From Chrysomallon squamiferum (taxonomy: Eukaryota; Animalia; Mollusca): DNA of 64,000 nucleotides. The position numbers were made by a program, and so were the translations under genes. The notes under the pieces were generated by a model. That model saw nothing but the letters and a program-made list of their open reading frames with translations. It had not been told where the DNA came from and did not search any database. The stretch is from the NCBI GenBank assembly GCA_012295275.1, contig CM022665.1, forward strand, positions 33,604,001 through 33,668,000, written 5' to 3'. Below are positions 52,969-64,000 of this stretch, piece by piece; the stretch's first letter is position 1, and each line of letters begins with the position of its first letter.

Positions 52969-55900
52969 GAGAAGATGAATACTATCAACCTGTGATATCA
53001 CAACTATCTTAGCACAAACCTGACAATATGAAGTGCACAGCATCTTTTTTGTTTTTGTTTTCATGGGTTATTAATTTTGACAGCATCTCGTTACGAAAGT
53101 ATGAATTTGTTCTCTAATGTTAAAAGCTTCTGCCAGTACTCTGGAGGACCAAAACAAAATAATAATAATCATAATAATAATAATAAGAAGAATAAGAATA
53201 AAAATAAGAATAAGAATAATATAAAATATTGACAACTTTGAAATTTCATACCAGTAACTGGTTTTAGTCGGATTTCATTTTTCATGTCTTTATTATTTTT
53301 ATTTTTTTTCCCATCCATTGTATACTAATAGAGGAAGAATAAGAAATGCAATTTCATTTAATACAAAATCCCATATTAACAAAAATAGATACTTTTTCTT
53401 TTTATTGTAACATGCTTCTGTACAGCATAGCTTTTACTTTCATTTGATGATGCCTTATTTTAATTGCATTTCAAATACAATATTCTTGTGAAATTTATAT
53501 TGTTCCTTTCTTGGCTTGTTCACTTGAAGAATTCTTGATATTGTTTTATTTCACCACTTTTGAAATCAGTTGTAATTCGTAAATATTATGTTTTTGAAAT
53601 ATAGGTTCATTTCTATATTTTTATTATTATTTATTTTTTTATTTATTATTTATTTTTTTTATATTAAAGATCACTTTAGATCAAATGTCAATCCATACTG
53701 ATTAAAATTGCAGAAATATGTTGATTTGTGTATTTGTTACATTTCTGCAGAAAACATTTCTTTGTAATTTAGTCATAAGTGTAGCATATTTATGGATGTA
53801 TATCACATTTATGTGACATATATCACACTTAAAACATATATTGGATGTACAAACATTCTTAACAGTTTTAGATTTTGTATAAAATTGTGGAGTAGTTTTG
53901 TTAGAAAATGTGAATTGCAGTGAATATCATTATAGTAAGACAAAAATTATTAATTTGTGCTTAGAAGAAAAAAAGGAAAAGGCTTAGGGTTTTCTTGTTT
54001 GCTGTTGTTTTTTGAATGTTGAAATTGTTGCATATTGATATGCGTGTTTCTTATCTTGGGGCATTACTATCCTTTAAATTTAGTTTTAATACAGTTCATT
54101 GTAATGTTTTTTGTTACGACAAAATGAACAGATTATCCATACTAATTGTATAAATGAACTTCATTTTTCAATTTCATTACAGCATGTGAACTGTTATAAA
54201 TTTTACATTAATAATAATAATAATAATAATAAAAGCCTGTCTGTAATTACAGCACTTTAATACAATCCAAATCTGTTTTTAATTTATGAAATTCTGCAAA
54301 AAAAAACAAGCTATTGACCTATCTGCATTAATATTCATCTGGCACAGTCAACCATCACCTTGTTATTTATAAATAACAGTATTTGTTAGAGATAAGTTAT
54401 TATATTCTACCACTAAATAGGTATACCACCAACATTGTTTTCACAGCCTAAAACTGACCTCACAAAACCCAATTAAAACTCTATTCTACAAACTTTTCTC
54501 TGAATTGTTTTGCATGCAAAATTATGTCGTCTTTCTGGGTAGTTTAGCCTGAAGAATAGCTCTACACCTTTGATTACTTTTTTGAAGAAAAACAATGATT
54601 TTACTAACTTCATTCAAACAACTAAAGAACCTTGGAATTTCACCTGAAAATATTTATCCAAATAATTCTTCTCATAATCTGAAGAAAATATACATATTTG
54701 ATTTTATTCTGATTCAGTTTGAGAGAAATTTTAAAAGTGCAACTGCTCTATGTGTGTGACATAAGTCAGTAGCTGCATAAGCAATCTAATTATTGGTGTG
54801 TTCATAATATATCTGCCTTTTTGATCCCTGTTGTAGTGTTTGCAATTAGTAGACAATTCTATTCATGATAATATAGTCCATGTAATCCTCTGCAGCCTTT
54901 ATGAAAAATGAATGTTTCTTTTTGTTTGAATTTCACTTTCTTGGAGTCTCACATTTTTTCAAGTCACCTGTAGAAACAATAGAAATTAATTCCTCTAATT
55001 AGTCATAAAATACTTAATATAAATCTTAGGAGGCTGGTTCTTGTATCACTGAAAAAGTCTTTCCATGTTTCCAGCAGTAAATTTGAGTTTTTGGGGGTCA
55101 TACCTACAGTTATATAATAAAATTTCTTGATAAGATAAATACATTTTTATTTGTGCATTAACAACAACAAAAAAAAAATGCTTGTGGCAACACCAAGGAT
55201 AATAGCAAATAAATTATGAAACAACAGAAAGTTGTATAAAGGTTATATGAAAAGAATAGTACATTTTTCCAACATTTTCTTTCTATCATTTAGTAGTGTT
55301 TGTTTTTGAATGTGTATATTCCAAATTTGGAAACTCTAGCACAAATAGTGTTCACGTCTTCCCAAAAATGTAGGATAGTATTGAAAAAACAAAAGAACTT
55401 TTACAAACCACATTTCCACTTGTTATGGCTGCAGGGTTGATGTTATGCAGTATTATTATGTAATCTGTGTATATGCAGTTCCTTTTGTGAAAAAGTAAAT
55501 TTTTTTACTCACATTTTCTAAATGGTCATGTCAAAAACTAAAATTTGTTTATTCAGATGTTCTCATTTTTCACCTAGCATGTCCCTTTAATTTATCTTGT
55601 GCTGGTTTAACTTCTGAGCAGACTAGATAAATAAAAACATTCATCGACTGCTTTGGAAAGCACTTGCCTCTGTTTGACTGTCTTAACTAGAGATAATTAA
55701 ATATTGTTGAAGACCTTCAGTTTAATTACACCAGTCACTTCATACGAGTTTATTTGCAAAGTACTGCAGACAGTTAAGATGTCAATACATTTGTTTTTCT
55801 ACATGCAGTTCTCACATTTAAATTTCATTATGATTAAACAATGATTAAATGTATTATTATAACTGCCATTAAGAGAAAAGATTATTAATTAATATCCTAA

Positions 55901-56309
55901 AGTCTACATAACTATTTTCTGTTCAAATAAGATTTAGGGATGGTTTCTCATTTTTATTTTTGCAAAATATTCTAAAGATTAGTTTAATCACAGATGTATT
56001 ATTCTTAATTAGTAATCTGATAGTTTACTGAATCATATCTTGAACTGAATGGATTAAATCTAAAATGAATAATTTAGAAAAACAACAAAAGAATGGTGAC
56101 AATGTAAATATATAATCTATCATCCGTGAATACAGTATTCCAGTGCTTAAATAGTCTTAAACAACTGTATTTTCTTTTCTTGTTGTATTGACAATTTTGT
56201 CATTAAACACTATAAAATTAATTCTGAGGAGGACCATAAATGACAGTGAAACCATAAATTGCTGTAAGGTGAAGATGAACAGAAAAATGTCATTCTACAT
56301 ATGATATCA

Positions 56310-60179
<3,870 letters not shown>

Positions 60180-60949
60180 TTATCATCTATAAAAGAGGTG
60201 TATATACTGTTATGTAGAACTTAAATTTTATCTTTGATAGTAACTGGAAAAAAGAAACAAATAACTAATTATTAAATAATTCATCAAAACACTGTTATGG
60301 TTTATAGGTGCATTTTGAGTCACAGCATGATTAGTAACACAGATTTTTTCACATATTCATTATTTCCATTTCAAAAGTTTATTCTGTCTCATAAATGATA
60401 TACAGTTATAACAGGTACCAGCAGCCTCATTAGCATAGTAGAACAGAGCTCTGAAAGAGTACAGATTTTGTTTCCTTCATTTCCAAATCCCTCCTATAAA
60501 ATGTAAAATGAAAAACAAATATATGGAAATAAAAATCATTATGATCCTAACAAGTACTAAACTACTGCTTGAAACATCATAAGATTGTAGTCCTTTTAAA
60601 TATTATATATACATAGATCACATTACTTTTTTAACTTGCTACCACTAATGATTTAAAATACTTAAAAAGTGAAAAATCAAATTTGCTACCTCTTGCCCTA
60701 ACCACCTATTTAATAAGATAAAACATATCCAAGTTCAAACATATGTGAAACAATTGGCCTTTATGTACAGTTTTAAATTTCTTGTCCGCTGCATCAAACT
60801 AATAATCATGTACATAATTTAATATTAATCTAGCTAAAGTAAATGATCAACATAATTTTAACTATAATGTTTTAGAATGTTTTTCACACTTTTTCACTAT
60901 TAAATGCAACACACACACACACACAGATGTTGCAAATGTGTGAAAGATT

Positions 60950-63830
60950 CCTGCAGTAACATTAAACTCTATGATCACTCATGAACTCATTCTCTCCACT
61001 CAGGTGACACTTTAGAAGATTTGAAGGATGCTTTCCTGCAGCATTGTTAGAGGAAGATGAAAAGAAGAACATGCAAATCATGAATAGACTTCTTGTACAA
61101 GTAAAACTGCTGAAGCAAACCATGGGAGGAGACTGAAATATTTGTCAGTAAGTTCACGAGTGCATCAAGTGTCCATACCTTCAAGCTCTTCAAGTGATAA
61201 GCATTACTCGGATTCAGGATTTTATTCACATTATTCAACAGTTTCAGAAAATTCATCCCCAAACGTGAGTGCAGCAGAGGCCAACTTATAATTTATTCAT
61301 GGAGGATCGGAACTTGCTCCTGTGAGGATCTTGAAAGGAAATGTTCTGCTTTGAAGGAAGAAAATATAACTCTAAATTAGGATGGAAGTGACAAGTGTGC
61401 AATACTTTCTACTCAACATTTCATTTATTGGATCTTGCAGTAAATCTGAATAGTGAAAAGGAAGGGAATAGTCATCTTCAAGAACAAAAGTCAGCATTAT
61501 TCAATGAGAGGGACCAGCTCAATACTGAACTGAAGTCCCTGAAGGAGAACATTCTGAGGGGGCATATAAGCAGTTGTTAAATGGGACAAAACAATGTTAA
61601 AATCCAACAGGGAGCTCCTCCAGAAGTCCACTTTACAAACACAGCAGAGTGAGCAATTGCTCGGGAAAGTCAGACTTTTCCAGTGTATGCTATACAGAAT
61701 TGAAACTAATGGAAAGGCAATAACAGGACAGAAAGAAAATCTGGAATAGGAAAACAACAACCTACAAAGCCATCTCACAAAGTTGCAAGCTGCTAATGAA
61801 AACAAATAGATGATTCATTGAAAGACCTTAGATACTGGGTACTTTTTACCAAATGCAAAGTTGTGCCTAAGGGAAATGACTGGTGAACATGACACTGGAG
61901 CCAGCATCCTTGAAGGTGACATACATCAGAAAGAAGTGTTGGTTGATTCATGGATGTAGCCACATAATAAGCAAGATGCATGTGACAGATGACATATTTA
62001 ATTCAGATAACTTTGATCACCATGCACAGAGCACTACAAAAATGGAGAAAAAAAAACAGGTTGGCCACCAAGTGACTATGGCCAGAATTTCAGAATCGAC
62101 TTAACTGTGCTGAAAACTGAAAATACTAGATGCCTTGTAACTTTAGCTGCTAACATATTAGAGGAGTTGTCACTTGTCTTCGAGGAAGAAAAAAGGCAGG
62201 AGATATTTTTAGACTTATCTCCAAAAAATCAATGGACTCATGTCTGACAGAGCAGCAGCCATGAAGAGCTATAAATGTTCACCAACCTCAGAAAAGACCT
62301 CATGCATCTGGAGTTCCTGTTTCCTATTTCCTAGATTGTATAAATGCTGTGGACAAAGCCTTCAAATTGATACACGGGAAAAGAATGCTTAGCAATGTTT
62401 GCTGGATCCAAAAGAGAACATCCTGCTACCAATCTCATGTGGCTGCCTATGACTGTGAGGGGATGAGAAATTTGGATGCAGGGAAAACAGGCTTGCATAA
62501 TGTATGTTAAACCAGTTGAAGTCTGAAATAATTTTTCTTTAAAGGTAACAGATCCAACCTCTTTGAAGCCAGTGCAAGTCTCCCTTTTCACTGCCAAGAA
62601 ATCCTTGGTTTCAAGGAGTCCTGAATGACAGCAATGAACTGGAAGCAAGACGATATCCTTGTTGACAACAGATTTGACACAGGTAACATGTTGCCCGTGA
62701 CCTGCTTTTCTACCTGGCGGAGTCTCTACTTCTATACCTACATGGTCATGATGAAGATTTTGGAAATATAAAGCATTTAATCATAATTTTGCACAGTGTA
62801 TTAACTATTAATATAATCATTAATTTAATGATCCTGAAAAATGGCAGATGCTGACCTGACTGTACTTACAAAATAAATGTAAACAACAACTGTATACATT
62901 CTTTCATACTTGTTTCTCTCCTGGAGTGAGGTTTGGGACTGCAATCAGGATTTTTTAAATAGTAAAATAGATATACTGCAGTAAAAACAGTGCTCCTATT
63001 TTCCAGATGGGCTGCACATTGATGGTAATAGGAAACAAAAAGTCTGTGTAATGCTCAAGACACTGAAAACAATTCCAAGCTGAACAACACTGCCAAAGAA
63101 CAGTGTCTTGGGGACCTAGATTTCAGCATGTTTAACAAAGGGAATATCTCTGCATGTTAACACCAGCATCAACATTCTGAAAAGAACCAAGAACATGTCC
63201 AACTGGTTCTCCACACAAGCAGCTCAACAACAAACGGCAATGCTGTACCTGGTAACTTCACAAGCAAAAGAGCTGCAAAAAACCCACCACACTGCTGAAG
63301 AAGTCAGTGCTTTAGCAAATAGACAAGAAGCTGTGAGAGAAAACTGTGCAAGGAAGGCTGCAGCTGATGAGGGACAAAAGCATAAAAATGAATTCATAGT
63401 TAAGAGGTTGTCCCTCCACAGAGGACCTTGCAAGACAGGAAATGTTGACCACTTGTTGAAAGTCTATGCAGATCATCTCGCTTCTCTCAAAACTAAGTCC
63501 AGTACCAGACACTTATAATGATTGTGAAATGACCACTATTTAAAACAAGTCAGAAGCGGTCTAAGCAGTTTCTTGGTGTTAGGGCAAAACAAAATGTACC
63601 AGTTAGACGAAGAAAGAACTTCCAAGAAAATGTGACTTCACAACAGTGGCAAATGTTTCTCCTACCAGAATATTCAACCTGGCATGGACTTAGTCATTGA
63701 CCATGAAGACAATTGCTATGTAGGAGAAATTCTTACGATTTTACATCTTACAGGTGCAAAACAAATTATTTACCCAACTCTGTCAGAAAAATATGCCAGA
63801 AAATATACCATTGTATATATCATTTGAATC
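60950..63830 (+). mobile_element. Decayed DDE transposase-like relic (hAT-like motifs) in the presumed PSMA3 intron 1
   Basis: A higher-GC block with broken frames. Ordered motifs: coiled-coil-like segment (61395-61580), FDHHAQSTTK (~62010), GLMSDRAAAMKS (62234-62269), FKGNRSNLFEA (~62540) and LNNTAKEQCLGDLDFS (~63080). No TIRs identified; boundaries approximate. Confidence 0.5.
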
Positions 63831-64000
63831 ACTGGAGGTAGTCATAATTTTATTTCATTTTGTTGGGGTTTTTTTTGCTAATATTTATCTAAAACGACAG
63901 ACTGATAGTAATGCATTTACTTTTTAAATAACAAAATGTTATGGAATATTTATTATTTCTGTGCTTTAGACAAGACTGAATACAAATTAGATATCACAAC

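Noticed and set aside
54850-55095. Minus-strand acceptor-like sites with short open frames downstream of PSMA3
   Set aside because: Frames close quickly, with no recognisable product or donors.
60975-60995. ATGAGTTCA on the minus strand as PSMA3 exon 1
   Set aside because: Followed immediately by TGA rather than IGTG and a donor.

Overview
AT-rich, microsatellite-rich, intron-containing animal DNA. The LINE/DNA-transposon relics and patchy CpG depletion suggest an invertebrate, possibly a mollusc, but this is inference. The dominant structure is a near-identical head-to-tail array (~7071-27903, period ~6.76 kb). It carries three complete copies plus one 5'-truncated copy of a small spliced gene that the ORF track captures only in part. 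The predicted product is a 195-aa secreted protein: signal peptide, Arg/Gly-rich cationic segment ending in a furin-type RGRR site, ten GGFGQ-like pentads, an RG tract and a 4-Cys follistatin-N/EGF-like module. It sits under a TATA promoter with a perfect DR1 nuclear-receptor element. Downstream are four conventional spliced genes: LRRC74A-like (+), an ankyrin-repeat/SOCS-box gene (-, with a 1-nt homopolymer frameshift), a serine palmitoyltransferase small subunit (+, absent from the ORF track and split by a U12-type minor intron) and PSMA3 (-, first exon not found in the window). Mobile-element relics include LINE ORF2 ends, an internally deleted Tigger/pogo element, a MITE-like inverted repeat and a decayed hAT-like transposase. 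All models were built by eye from splice signals and translations; no searches were run.
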